A DNA stretch of 64,000 bases from NCBI GenBank assembly GCA_946628965.1, contig CAMOXI010000004.1:2639-66638 (forward strand), written 5' to 3'. The DNA is from an uncultured Clostridia bacterium (GTDB lineage: Bacteria; Bacillota; Clostridia; Oscillospirales; Oscillospiraceae). The notes beneath the pieces are model-generated. The model searched no databases and was not told the origin of the DNA. It saw only the letters and a program-made list of their open reading frames with translations. Within the stretch, counting starts at the first letter, position 1, and each line of letters opens with the position of its first letter. Positions 1 to 8,700 of the stretch are shown here, one piece after another. Position numbers and translations under genes: made by a program.

Positions 1-16
1 TCCCTTTTGCGCAGCA

Positions 17-54
17 AAAGGCGGAAGTCGACCGTGAAGTCGGCTTCCGCCTTT
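17..54 (-). terminator. Terminator-like hairpin downstream of the amino-acid ABC ATPase gene
   Basis: 16-bp stem with one mismatch (AAAGGCGGAAGTCGAC / GTCGGCTTCCGCCTTT) and a 6-nt loop. It starts 9 nt after the stop at 63. The minus-strand RNA ends in a short U run. Confidence 0.55.
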
Positions 55-62
55 ATGTATGC

Positions 63-842
63 TTACCGATAAGACCCCAGGAACTGCCGCGTCCGCTCCG
101 ACTGCGGGTTCCGGAACACCTGCTCCGGGCTCCCCTGCTCGGCGATCAGGCCGCCGTCAATGAAGAGCACCTGGTCGGACACAGCCTCGGCAAAGCCCAT
201 TTCATGGGTCACGATGACCATGGTCATCTTCTCCTCCGCCAGCTTTCGGATGACCCGCAGAACTTCTCCGGTCAGCTCCGGGTCCAGGGCGGAGGTGGGC
301 TCGTCGAAAAACAGCACCTCCGGCCGAAGCGCCAGGGCGCGGGCGATGGCCACCCGCTGCTGCTGCCCGCCGGAGAGCTGGTGGGGATAAAAGTCCAGCT
401 TGTCCCCCAGACCGACGCGGCCCAGCAGCTCTGCGCACTGTGCGTCGATCCGCGCGTTGATCTCTTTGCGCGCTGCGCCGTTCCCGGCCTCGCTCTTCGC
501 CTGCAGCTTCAGCGCGAGAGCCACGTTCTCCAGCGCCGTATACTGGGGAAAGAGGTTGAAGTTCTGAAACACCAGGCCGAAGTGCAGCCGGTTCCGGCGG
601 ATCTCCCGCTCGGACACGGTTTTCGCGTCAGATGCGTCAAAGAGTGTCCGGCCGCCCACGGCGATGCTGCCGCCGGTCGGGATCTCCAGGAAGTTCAGGC
701 AGCGCAGCAGCGTGGTCTTGCCGCCGCCGCTGGGGCCGATGATGGACAGGTTCTCCCCCTGCTCCATGGAGAAGCTGATGCCCTTGAGCACCTCCAGCTC
801 CCCAAAGCTCTTTTGCAGATTCTTGACTTCCAGCAATGCCAT
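63..842 (-). CDS. Polar amino-acid ABC transporter ATP-binding protein (GlnQ/ArtP type)
   Basis: ORF 63..854 trimmed to the ATG at 842 (MALLEVKNL). Walker [10 protein letters not shown], signature LSGGQQQR, Walker [12 protein letters not shown]. Lies 8 nt downstream of the permease gene. Confidence 0.9.
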   Translation of the reverse strand: MALLEVKNLQKSFGELEVLKGISFSMEQGENLSIIGPSGGGKTTLLRCLNFLEIPTGGSIAVGGRTLFDASDAKTVSEREIRRNRLHFGLVFQNFNLFPQYTALENVALALKLQAKSEAGNGAARKEINARIDAQCAELLGRVGLGDKLDFYPHQLSGGQQQRVAIARALALRPEVLFFDEPTSALDPELTGEVLRVIRKLAEEKMTMVIVTHEMGFAEAVSDQVLFIDGGLIAEQGSPEQVFRNPQSERTRQFLGSYR

Positions 843-850
843 CGCGCACC

Positions 851-1510
851 TCACACCTTGAAGTAGTCCAGCTTTTTCTCGATCCAGCCCAGCAGCAGCG
901 TAAGCAGACCCGAGAACAGCAGATAGTACAGGCCCGTGAAGAACAGCGGCCAGATGATGCCGGCGGACTTGATGAATTTCTCGCCGTTCCAGATGATCTC
1001 ATAGACCGAGATCACGCGCACCAGCGAGGTGTCCTTTACGAGGGTGATGATCTCGTTGCCGATGGGCGGCACAATGCGCTTGATGACCTGCATCAGCGTC
1101 ACCTTGAAGAAGATCTGGGTATTGGTCAGGCCGAGTACCTGCCCCGCCTCCCGCTGGCCCCGGGGCACGCCCTGGATGCCGCCGCGGAAGATCTCGGAGA
1201 AATAGCAGGCATAGTTGAAGATAAAGGTCACTACCGCGGCGGTAAAGCGTCCGCCGGTGCTGCCGCCCCAGATGTTGTTGCCCAGGAGGATACCGGGGCC
1301 GTAGTAGATGATCAGCAGCTGCAGCATCAGCGGCGTGCCGCGGACGATCCAGACGATGGTTTTGACCGGAAAGCGCAGGAGCTTCCAGCGGCTCATGGAG
1401 CCGAAGGCGATCAGGAAGCCCAGCGGGATCCCGCCCAGCAGCGTCAGGCCGAAGATCTGCAGGGCCTTGAGAAAGCCCAGATTCAGGGATTGCAGTACAG
1501 TTTGGAACAT
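851..1510 (-). CDS. Polar amino-acid ABC transporter permease (HisM/GlnP family)
   Basis: 219 aa, multi-TM. EAA-type loop [18 protein letters not shown] and the [15 protein letters not shown] segment typical of this family. Operon position is between the binding protein and the ATPase. Confidence 0.9.
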   Translation of the reverse strand: MFQTVLQSLNLGFLKALQIFGLTLLGGIPLGFLIAFGSMSRWKLLRFPVKTIVWIVRGTPLMLQLLIIYYGPGILLGNNIWGGSTGGRFTAAVVTFIFNYACYFSEIFRGGIQGVPRGQREAGQVLGLTNTQIFFKVTLMQVIKRIVPPIGNEIITLVKDTSLVRVISVYEIIWNGEKFIKSAGIIWPLFFTGLYYLLFSGLLTLLLGWIEKKLDYFKV

Positions 1511-1548
1511 GAGGACCTCACAAATCAGAAAGTGGTGAGAACACAGGG

Positions 1549-1576
1549 CAGGGGCGGCCCATCAGCCGCCCCTGCG
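1549..1576. repeat. Left copy of a 28-bp direct repeat (GC-rich hairpin) flanking the four-hairpin element
   Basis: CAGGGGCGGCCCATCAGCCGCCCCTGCG. It recurs at 1740..1767 with a single A/T difference in the loop. The sequence is itself a GGGGCGGC/GCCGCCCC stem-loop. Confidence 0.85.
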
Positions 1577-1739
1577 CAGACTGCAGACATATCCATGCGG
1601 CAATAGTCGGACGCGCATGGGGAGAGCGCGAGAGGGGATTGGTTATTCCCTCTCGCGTTTGATCTATACAAAAATGAGAACTTTTCGGAAGTTCTCATTT
1701 TTGCTGTTAAAGATGTCGACACTTTGTCGACATCTTTAA
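1577..1739 (+). mobile_element. MITE-like / structured intergenic element, copy 1 (four consecutive hairpins, no ORF)
   Basis: About 85-90 percent identical by eye to 53044..53205. Hairpins: CATGCG..CGCATG; CGCGAGAGGG..CCCTCTCGCG; AAAAATGAGAACTT..AAGTTCTCATTTTT; AAAGATGTCGACA..TGTCGACATCTTT. Sits between the binding-protein and permease genes of the ABC operon. Confidence 0.7.
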
Positions 1740-1767
1740 CAGGGGCGGCCCTTCAGCCGCCCCTGCG
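1740..1767. repeat. Right copy of the 28-bp direct repeat flanking the element
   Basis: CAGGGGCGGCCCTTCAGCCGCCCCTGCG, 27/28 identical to 1549..1576. On the minus strand it lies 20 nt after the binding-protein stop codon, so it is the native intercistronic or terminator hairpin. Confidence 0.85.
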
Positions 1768-1786
1768 GTGTCATATGGGAATCGTT

Positions 1787-2653
1787 TTACGCGCCGATGA
1801 TGGACTCCTGCACGCCGTAGGTCTCGGCGATCTGCATCACGGTGCCGGCGTCCCAGGCCGCCTTGTAGAAGGCGGTATAAGCGTCCACCAGATCGCTGCC
1901 CTTGCGGAAGCCCACGCCGTACTCTTCACTGGTCAGGCTCACGGTATAGGCCAGATCCGGGTAGCTGGTGCCCTCGCCGATCATGGCGCCCGCCATCAGC
2001 AGGTCGATGATGCAGGCGTCGGAGGTGCCGGCGGCGACCTCCATCAGGGCCTTGGCCTGGGTGTCGCACTCAATGTAGTTGAGACCCGCTGCGTCCGCAG
2101 CTTCCTGACCGGCGGAGCCGGCCTCCACGGCGAAGCTCAGGCTCTGGATGCTCTCCGCGCTCTGATACTGTTCGGCGGCTTCCGCCTTGACGACAACCAC
2201 CTGGGCGTTGTTGCAGTAGGCGGCGGGGCAGCTCATGGCGGCCTTCACTGCGTCGGTCAGGGTCATGCCGTTCCAGACGCAGTCAATGCTCTTGCCGTCC
2301 AGCTCCAGCTCCTTGTTGTCCCAGTTGATCTCCACGAATTCGGCCTTCACGCCGATGCTCTCGGCAAAGGCCTTGGCCATGTCGGCGTCAAAGCCGATCC
2401 ATTCTCCGTTTTCCTGGAAGTCCATCGGGGCAAAATCGGTGATGCCCACCACCAGGCTCCCCTTGCCCTGAATATAGGCAAGGTCACTGTCGGCCGCGGG
2501 CTCTGCCGCAGCGGCTTCCGCGGGGGCTTCCGCGGGGGCTTCCGCGGCGCTCTCCGCGGGAGCGGACTCCGTCGCGGCGGGTGCGGCATTCCCACAGGCG
2601 CACAGGGCCAGCAGCATTGCAGCCGCCATCATCATTGCAAGCATCTTTTTCAT
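1787..2653 (-). CDS. Amino-acid ABC transporter substrate-binding lipoprotein
   Basis: Signal peptide with lipobox LLALCAC-G, an AEAPAEAPAEA linker, and a family-3 solute-binding fold by resemblance. The start is ambiguous (ATG 2659 or 2653); GGAGG spacing favours 2653. Confidence 0.85.
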   Translation of the reverse strand: MKKMLAMMMAAAMLLALCACGNAAPAATESAPAESAAEAPAEAPAEAAAAEPAADSDLAYIQGKGSLVVGITDFAPMDFQENGEWIGFDADMAKAFAESIGVKAEFVEINWDNKELELDGKSIDCVWNGMTLTDAVKAAMSCPAAYCNNAQVVVVKAEAAEQYQSAESIQSLSFAVEAGSAGQEAADAAGLNYIECDTQAKALMEVAAGTSDACIIDLLMAGAMIGEGTSYPDLAYTVSLTSEEYGVGFRKGSDLVDAYTAFYKAAWDAGTVMQIAETYGVQESIIGA

Positions 2654-2733
2654 TTTCATATCCTCCCTCGGAGTGTTTTCTGACGTTAGCATGATACCAC
2701 ATTAGTCAGATAAAGCAATAAATATTTGAAGAT

Positions 2734-2758
2734 TCACTGTGCAAATTTTGCACAGTGA
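2734..2758. promoter_or_regulatory. 25-bp perfect palindrome between divergent operons (candidate Rrf2 operator, or a plus-strand hairpin with T-run)
   Basis: TCACTGTGCAAA-T-TTTGCACAGTGA, 12-bp arms. Located between the ABC-importer promoter region and the Rrf2-nifS-nifU operon. Followed by CTGTTTTTT on the plus strand. Confidence 0.45.
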
Positions 2759-2836
2759 CTGTTTTTTATGAATTGTCTCTTTAATTCCTACCAAATCTAT
2801 AGTAGTATAGCTTCGGTATCCGAAAGGAGGCTTATC

Positions 2837-3268
2837 ATGAACGTTACCAGTAAGGGCCGCTATGCCCTGCGCGTGATGCTGGATCTGGCCCAGCACACGG
2901 CGGACGGCTTTGTGTCCCTCAAAACCGTGGCAGACCGGCAGGGCATTTCCATGAAATATCTGGAAATGATCGTGGGCTGCCTGAAAAAGGCGGAGCTGCT
3001 GGACAGCACCCGCGGCAAAGAGGGCGGCTACCGCCTGAACCGTGAGCCTGCCGACTATACCGTGGGCGAGATTCTGCGCTCCATTGAGGACAATCTGGCC
3101 CCCGTGGCCTGCATCAAAGACGGCGTTGTTCAGTGCGATCATGCTGCCGCCTGCCAGACCGTTCCGATGTGGAAGGAGCTTGACGATATCACCAACGCCT
3201 ATCTGGACGCAATCACGCTGGCCGATCTGCTCTCAGGCGACAAGTGGCGCAGTGTTGACAAAACGTAA
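2837..3268 (+). CDS. Rrf2-family transcriptional regulator (IscR/CymR-like)
   Basis: ATG 2837 preceded by AAAGGAGG. N-terminal wHTH SKGRYALRVMLDLAQH..VSLKTVADRQGIS. Three-Cys cluster ACIKDGVVQCDHAAAC. First gene of a nifS-nifU operon. Confidence 0.9.
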   Translation: MNVTSKGRYALRVMLDLAQHTADGFVSLKTVADRQGISMKYLEMIVGCLKKAELLDSTRGKEGGYRLNREPADYTVGEILRSIEDNLAPVACIKDGVVQCDHAAACQTVPMWKELDDITNAYLDAITLADLLSGDKWRSVDKT

Positions 3269-3332
3269 TCCTGTGCTATAATTCCCATTAGACCAGTAGG
3301 AAATTATTTTCAGACAGAAAGGACGATCTTTT

Positions 3333-4520
3333 ATGTTTGTATACGCCGACAACGCGGCGACCACCAGCGTCTCCAAGGCCGCGCTGGACGCCATGCTGCC
3401 GTATCTGACGGAATACTACGGCAACCCCTCCAGCCTCTACGCTTTCGGCCAGAAAGCCGCGGAGGCGCTGCAGGAGGCCAGAGAGACCGTGGCCAAGTGC
3501 ATCAACGCGGAGCCCCGGGAGATCTACTTCACCTCCGGCGGTTCCGAGGCGGACAACCAGGCCATCATCTCCGCGGCGAAGCTGGGCGCGCGCAAGGGCA
3601 AGAAGCACCTGATCTCCACCCAGTTTGAGCACCACGCCGTGCTGCACACCCTGGCGAAGCTGGAAAAAGAGGGCTATGAGGTCACGCTGCTGGACCCGCA
3701 CAGTGACGGCGTCATCCGCGTCGAGGACGTGGCGGCCGCTATCCGGCCCGATACCGCGCTGGTGACCATCATGTTCGCCAACAACGAGATCGGCACCGTG
3801 CAGCCCATCGCCGAGATCGGCGCCCTCTGCCGCGAGAAGGGCATCCCCTTCCACACCGACGCCGTGCAGGCCGCCGGCCACATGCCCATCGACGTGAAGG
3901 CCATGAACATCGACATGCTCTCCATGTCCGGCCACAAGTTCCACGCGCCGAAGGGAGTGGGCGTCCTGTATGCCCGCCGCGGCATGGTGCTCACGAACAT
4001 TATTGAGGGCGGCGCCCAGGAGCGCGGCAAGCGCGCCGGCACCGAAAACGTGGCCGGGATCGTGGCCATGGCCGTAGCGCTCAAGGAGTCCTGCGAGCAC
4101 ATGGAGGAGAACACCGCGAAGATCATCCCCATGCGCGACAAGCTCTTTGCCGAGCTCTCCAAGATCCCCCACAGCAAGATCAACGGCAGCCTGGAGCATC
4201 ATGTGCCCGGCACCGTGAACATGTGCTTTGAGGGCATTGAGGGCGAGAGCTTGCTCCTCCTGCTGGACGACGCGGGCATCTGCGCCTCCTCCGGCAGCGC
4301 GTGTACCTCCGGCTCCCTGGATCCCAGCCACGTGCTGCTGTCCATCGGCCTGCCCCACGAGGTGGCCCACGGCTCCCTGAGGCTCTCCATCGGCGAATAC
4401 AACACCATGGAGCAGATCGACCACATCATTGAGACCGTGCCCAAGGTGGTCTCCTATCTGCGCGGTATGTCTCCGGTCTGGGACGAGCTGCAGAAGGGCG
4501 AAAGACCGCATCTGATTTAA
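3333..4520 (+). CDS. nifS: Cysteine desulfurase, NifS type
   Basis: 395 aa. PLP-lysine motif [12 protein letters not shown] and catalytic Cys loop [17 protein letters not shown]. Adjacent to the IscU/NifU scaffold gene. Confidence 0.9.
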   Translation: MFVYADNAATTSVSKAALDAMLPYLTEYYGNPSSLYAFGQKAAEALQEARETVAKCINAEPREIYFTSGGSEADNQAIISAAKLGARKGKKHLISTQFEHHAVLHTLAKLEKEGYEVTLLDPHSDGVIRVEDVAAAIRPDTALVTIMFANNEIGTVQPIAEIGALCREKGIPFHTDAVQAAGHMPIDVKAMNIDMLSMSGHKFHAPKGVGVLYARRGMVLTNIIEGGAQERGKRAGTENVAGIVAMAVALKESCEHMEENTAKIIPMRDKLFAELSKIPHSKINGSLEHHVPGTVNMCFEGIEGESLLLLLDDAGICASSGSACTSGSLDPSHVLLSIGLPHEVAHGSLRLSIGEYNTMEQIDHIIETVPKVVSYLRGMSPVWDELQKGERPHLI

Positions 4521-4538
4521 GTCATCAATTCCTTATAG

Positions 4539-4589
4539 CCTCCCCTGCCAAGGGGAGGGGGACCGCAAAGGCGGTGGAGGGGTTTCCCC
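4539..4589 (+). repeat. REP-like intergenic repeat (family CCTCCCCTG..AAGGGGAGG - short hairpin - GAGGGGTT)
   Basis: CCTCCCCTGCCAAGGGGAGG hairpin, then ACCGC-AAAG-GCGGT hairpin, then GAGGGGTTT. Two further copies lie in inverted orientation at 63443..63577. Confidence 0.7.
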
Positions 4590-4621
4590 GAATTCTATTC
4601 AACTTAAAGGAGAGAACTACA

Positions 4622-5065
4622 ATGGCTCTATACAGTGAAAAGGTAATGGATCATTTCCGCAACCCCCGCAACGTGGGGCAGATCGACGATGCTGACGGCA
4701 TCGGCGAGGTCGGCAACGCCAAGTGCGGCGACATCATGCGCATGTATATCAAGGTGGATGATGATCAGGTCATCACCGACATCAAGTTCAACACTTTCGG
4801 CTGCGGCTCCGCCATCGCCACCAGCTCCATGGCTACCGAGATGATTAAGGGCAAGACCATTGATCAGGCGCTGGAGCTCTCAAACAAGGCTGTCGTCGAG
4901 GCGCTGGACGGCCTGCCCACCCACAAGATCCACTGCAGCGTTCTGGCCGAGCAGGCTGTGCGCGCCGCCGTCAAGGACTATTACGACCGTAAAGGCATCG
5001 CTTACAATCCCGAGGATTTCCGGGAGATGGACGACGAGGAGCTCCACGAGCACTGCGGCGTCTGA
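4622..5065 (+). CDS. nifU: Fe-S cluster assembly scaffold NifU/IscU
   Basis: ATG 4622 after AAAGGAGAG. The three conserved scaffold Cys contexts are present: GNAKCGD, FGCGSAIA, IHCSVLA. Confidence 0.9.
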   Translation: MALYSEKVMDHFRNPRNVGQIDDADGIGEVGNAKCGDIMRMYIKVDDDQVITDIKFNTFGCGSAIATSSMATEMIKGKTIDQALELSNKAVVEALDGLPTHKIHCSVLAEQAVRAAVKDYYDRKGIAYNPEDFREMDDEELHEHCGV

Positions 5066-5083
5066 GCGTCTTTCATCCAGAAT

Positions 5084-5128
5084 AAGAACAATACCCGCTT
5101 CCCAATCTGGGAAGCGGGTATTGTTCTT
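5084..5128. terminator. Bidirectional terminator hairpin between convergent nifU and the minus-strand operon
   Basis: Perfect 21-bp stem AAGAACAATACCCGCTTCCCA / TGGGAAGCGGGTATTGTTCTT with a 3-nt loop. Confidence 0.8.
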
Positions 5129-5153
5129 GCTTGGGAGAGCAGGGATCGCAGTT

Positions 5154-5534
5154 TCAGTCGTAGAGCACGAAAGGTACTTCCACCGTTTCATTTGCCCCGG
5201 CGCTTCCGTTCGAAACCGAAGGAGCAGCAGGAGTGCTTTCCACGCCGACGGAGGACCCCGCCTGCGTCTGCTGTGCAGCGGCAAGCGCTTCCTCCGGAGT
5301 CTCGATCGCGATATCCGACAGCTCGTCCTCTTCTTCCTCGGGCGCTGCCATCTGCTGTTCCGGTTCCGGCTCAGCAGGAGGCTGCTGCTCTGTGGGGATT
5401 GCTTCGGTCGGCTGCTCGGTAGGGGTCGGCGCAGTCGAATCCTTCAGAACGCGCAGCACCAGCAGCCCAAGGAGCAACACCAGCAGCAGGACCAGAATCA
5501 GTCCTGTGCCTTTTCCATTTCTTCTTTTTTTCAC
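5154..5534 (-). CDS. Hypothetical membrane-anchored acidic Pro/Glu-rich protein
   Basis: GTG start without a clear SD. N-terminal KKRRNGK plus hydrophobic anchor LILVLLLVLLLGLLVL, then a low-complexity acidic region. It is the last ORF before the 21-bp terminator. No family recognised. Confidence 0.5.
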   Translation of the reverse strand: MKKRRNGKGTGLILVLLLVLLLGLLVLRVLKDSTAPTPTEQPTEAIPTEQQPPAEPEPEQQMAAPEEEEDELSDIAIETPEEALAAAQQTQAGSSVGVESTPAAPSVSNGSAGANETVEVPFVLYD

Positions 5535-5564
5535 TGATATTTACAGCAAACTACGACGACTGTT

Positions 5565-5711
5565 TCAGCCGTTGCCGCCGCCTTCGTCGCCCCAATCATC
5601 GTCATCATCGAAGTTGAAATCGCCCTCATCGGTCTCATTGGATGACGTAATCACGTCGTTAGCTGCAAAGCGGATAAGCTCAATATCCAGTTCCTGATAG
5701 CTCTTTTTCAT
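5565..5711 (-). CDS. Unannotated 48-aa acidic small ORF (below the ORF-track cutoff)
   Basis: My own translation: MKKSYQELDIELIRFAANDVITSSNETDEGDFNFDDDDDWGDEGGGNG. SD AAAGGAG lies 8 nt upstream of the ATG at 5711 and 17 nt after the stop of the 1217-aa gene. Confidence 0.5.
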   Translation of the reverse strand: MKKSYQELDIELIRFAANDVITSSNETDEGDFNFDDDDDWGDEGGGNG

Positions 5712-5727
5712 TTTATACGCTCCTTTG

Positions 5728-8700
5728 TTATTCAAAATAGGCGTTCGCCGCCTGGTTATACAGGTACAGAGATCTGCTGATGTTCAGTTTCTCTTCGGTA
5801 AGCGCTGCTTCCGAGAGAATGGTGTAGCAGTAGGCCAGGGCGCTGGTGCGGACCTGCAGGACTTCTTCTCCCCTGGTGATCTTCAGTGTGTACATCCGAT
5901 CCAGATCTTTCGCAGCGATGTTGCGGATGGTCAAAACGTAGCGGTCGCCGTCCAGTACCGGCGTCACGGCCGCGCCGTCCAGCTCAAAGACATAGTCCCC
6001 GATGCTGTATCCGTCCTCCAGGATCATCTTCAGATTGATTTCGGTGGTGGACTCCAGATTCAGCGAGATCTTGCTGATGCGGAGACCCGTGACGGAACCC
6101 TTCCCCCTGTTTCGGGAGGCATACATATCCTGGGCCGTAACGGAAGCGACATCCGGATTTGTGGCAACAGCCTTCGGGAGCACGTCCGGCGCCGCCTTGC
6201 CCAGGCCTATGTATGCGTGATAGCAGTAGCTGTTCAGCATCTGGATCAGGGCATAAGAGCCGCTCGTTTCACTCAGCGAGTTTGCGTATTTCTGCGCCGA
6301 GTAACTCAGAACGTCATCCTTTAGCCTTGCGCCGTTGCCCACGAAGGGGATCGTGTTCTCGCCGTCCATGAACTTCAGGCTGACGGTATTGGCAAACTCT
6401 GCCGCCGGGATGTAGAAGGTGAAGGTATAGTAGCCGCGATCGTCGGGCACCATGCCCTCAATGCCGCTCGGGTACTCCCTGTCCTTGTAGATAAACACGG
6501 CCTGCAGATTCTCTTTGGCAAGCACCGAATCGGACAGCGTCACCTTGTAGTTAACGCCGATGGTGCCGTCCAGATTCAGCGAAGCCTTCTGCGCCGTTGC
6601 CAGCATGGGACCGGTTCCGGCGGAATTGAGCAGCTTCAAACCGTCAAACCCGGCCGTGTAACCCAGGACGTACTCGAACATGCTCTCCGTCACACCGCTC
6701 AGCCTGGTGAAAGGATCGCTTCCATCCCGGCTGACGCCCAGCGTACCCGTGCCGGAATAGTCGCCGAAGGCGGCCGTTACGCTGCCCAGCAGCTTCAGAT
6801 CGCCATTGTTGAGCATGACGCCGCTCAGGTCCTGGTTGACGCCGAACTCAAGATTGCTCTGGTTGCTCAGCATCCCCGCCACGTTCATGGCTGCATTGGC
6901 TTTGATGTAGCCATTATTCGCAAGCCCCAGCCCGGACGGAACGGTGATCGCGTAAGCCAGAGTCAGGCTGACGTTTTTCGGAACGGTCAGGTTGCTGGTG
7001 AGCGTTACCGCAGCGTTCAGCGTCAGCTGATAGCTGACTGCCGTGTCCTTGACACACTTGGAAGCCTTGCTGCAGATTTCCCGCAGCGCCGCCTCGGTGT
7101 TGGGCTTTGCCTCCACGATATAGCTGCCGCCGCTGGCAAGCATCTTTTCCGTGCGGGCAAAGGCCGGATCGCGCGAGGTGACAGTGCCTGCGTTGTCCAG
7201 GGTGCCATCCACGTCAAGGTTCGTCACCGTCACTTTGCCGCCGGTAAGCACATTGGCAGCACCGGTAACATTCAGCGTTGTTACGGTGATCTCACCGGCA
7301 TTTTCGAGCGTACCGCCCACGTTCATCGCAGACGTGCCGGAATTGACCTTGGCCAGGCCGCCGGACAGGACGCGAAGCGCACCACCGGTCGCCACATTCA
7401 GGGCGGAACCATTGATATACATATTGAGATAGCCGCCGGAGAGGATACGGACCTCACCGCTGACAGTCATGGCAAGGGTTTTGACCGTACCTGCGTTCTG
7501 CAGGGTGCCGTTCACGGTCAGCTCGTAATTTTTGTAATTCACAATGAGCGTGCCGCCGGCCGCCACGTTCATCGTGCCGTCGATCACAGCATTTTTTGCC
7601 GTGACCGTGCCGTATTTGGCAATGGTCATGGTGACCCCGGATTTTACATAGAGATTGCCTTTGAGGACCTGGAAAGATACCGTCGCGGGGATGGTAATAT
7701 CCTCACCCACATAGAAATCACCATCGCCGGGGTAGCTGAGCGTACCAGTCTCGCCGCCTTCCTGCATCTCAGCAATCGCCGCCTTCAACTGGTCTTCGTT
7801 CCAGACCTCACCGGTCGCATGCGCCTGGATGTCCTCCAGATAGGACTTTGTGGAGATCGTCAGCTCAGCGGTGCTGAAATTGCCGAGGACCTTGTCTTCG
7901 TACCGATAAGTAATGCTGCTGTCGCCGATGGTGACGGTGTAGCCGTCTGCCACCGAGCCGGAGGTGACGCCAGCGAGAAACAGCTTGTCCGGCGCGCCGA
8001 TGGAGCCCTCGTCGCAGTTGGTCACATCGACGATGTAGTTCTTTTTGTTCTCCATGCGGACAATGTTCCACATGTGGTTGCCTGCCCCGGTGCCGCCGCT
8101 CATGACGCCGCTGACCGAGTAGGTCATCATTTTGCCGCTCAGATTACCGATATCGCAGAGATACTGGAAGGCCTTGGCATAACCCTCGCACACCACGTTG
8201 GTGTTCTCTCTGCCGTCAAACACATAGATAATCTGCCAGGGATCGCCGTAATCCACGCCGGGATTCAGGGCGTCATCATTGTAGGACACCAGGCTGCAGA
8301 TCTCGTTCTTGAAGCCCAGCAGCTTTTCGTAATCCGAAAGACCGGCATAGCGGGCGACAATGTAGCCCGCGTTGGTGACCGCCGCACTGACGGTCTCACC
8401 GGTGTCCGGATTGATGCCGCAGCGGACGACCTGTCCGCTGAGCTGGATCGTCGTACCGTCGCAATATACGCCGTTTACGTTGAAGTAAAAGGTCATGCTG
8501 CCGGTGATCTCAATGCTGACTGCGGTGCCGTTATAGCCGTACGACCGCTGAACCGTGCCGATGGTCTTGTCGTACCAGTAGAGCTCGTAAGGGCAGTCCG
8601 ACAGAAGGGCGGTAATGACCTTCTGCAGTGTGAAGCCGACCTGCTCATCGACTTTAGCCATCGCCTCATCGGAGTAGGTAGTCTTACCGTCCGGGCCGAC

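Noticed and set aside
2514-2550. Tandem 12-nt repeats (GCTTCCGCGGGG x3) that at first glance look like a micro-array
   Set aside because: They lie inside the binding-protein gene and encode the AEAPAEAPAEA linker. There are no spacers, so this is not a CRISPR array.
3288-4511. 407-aa minus-strand ORF opposite nifS, and 473-aa plus-strand ORF (11199..12620) opposite the MATE gene
   Set aside because: Both are mirror ORFs of genes with strong family signatures. Same high-GC artefact.
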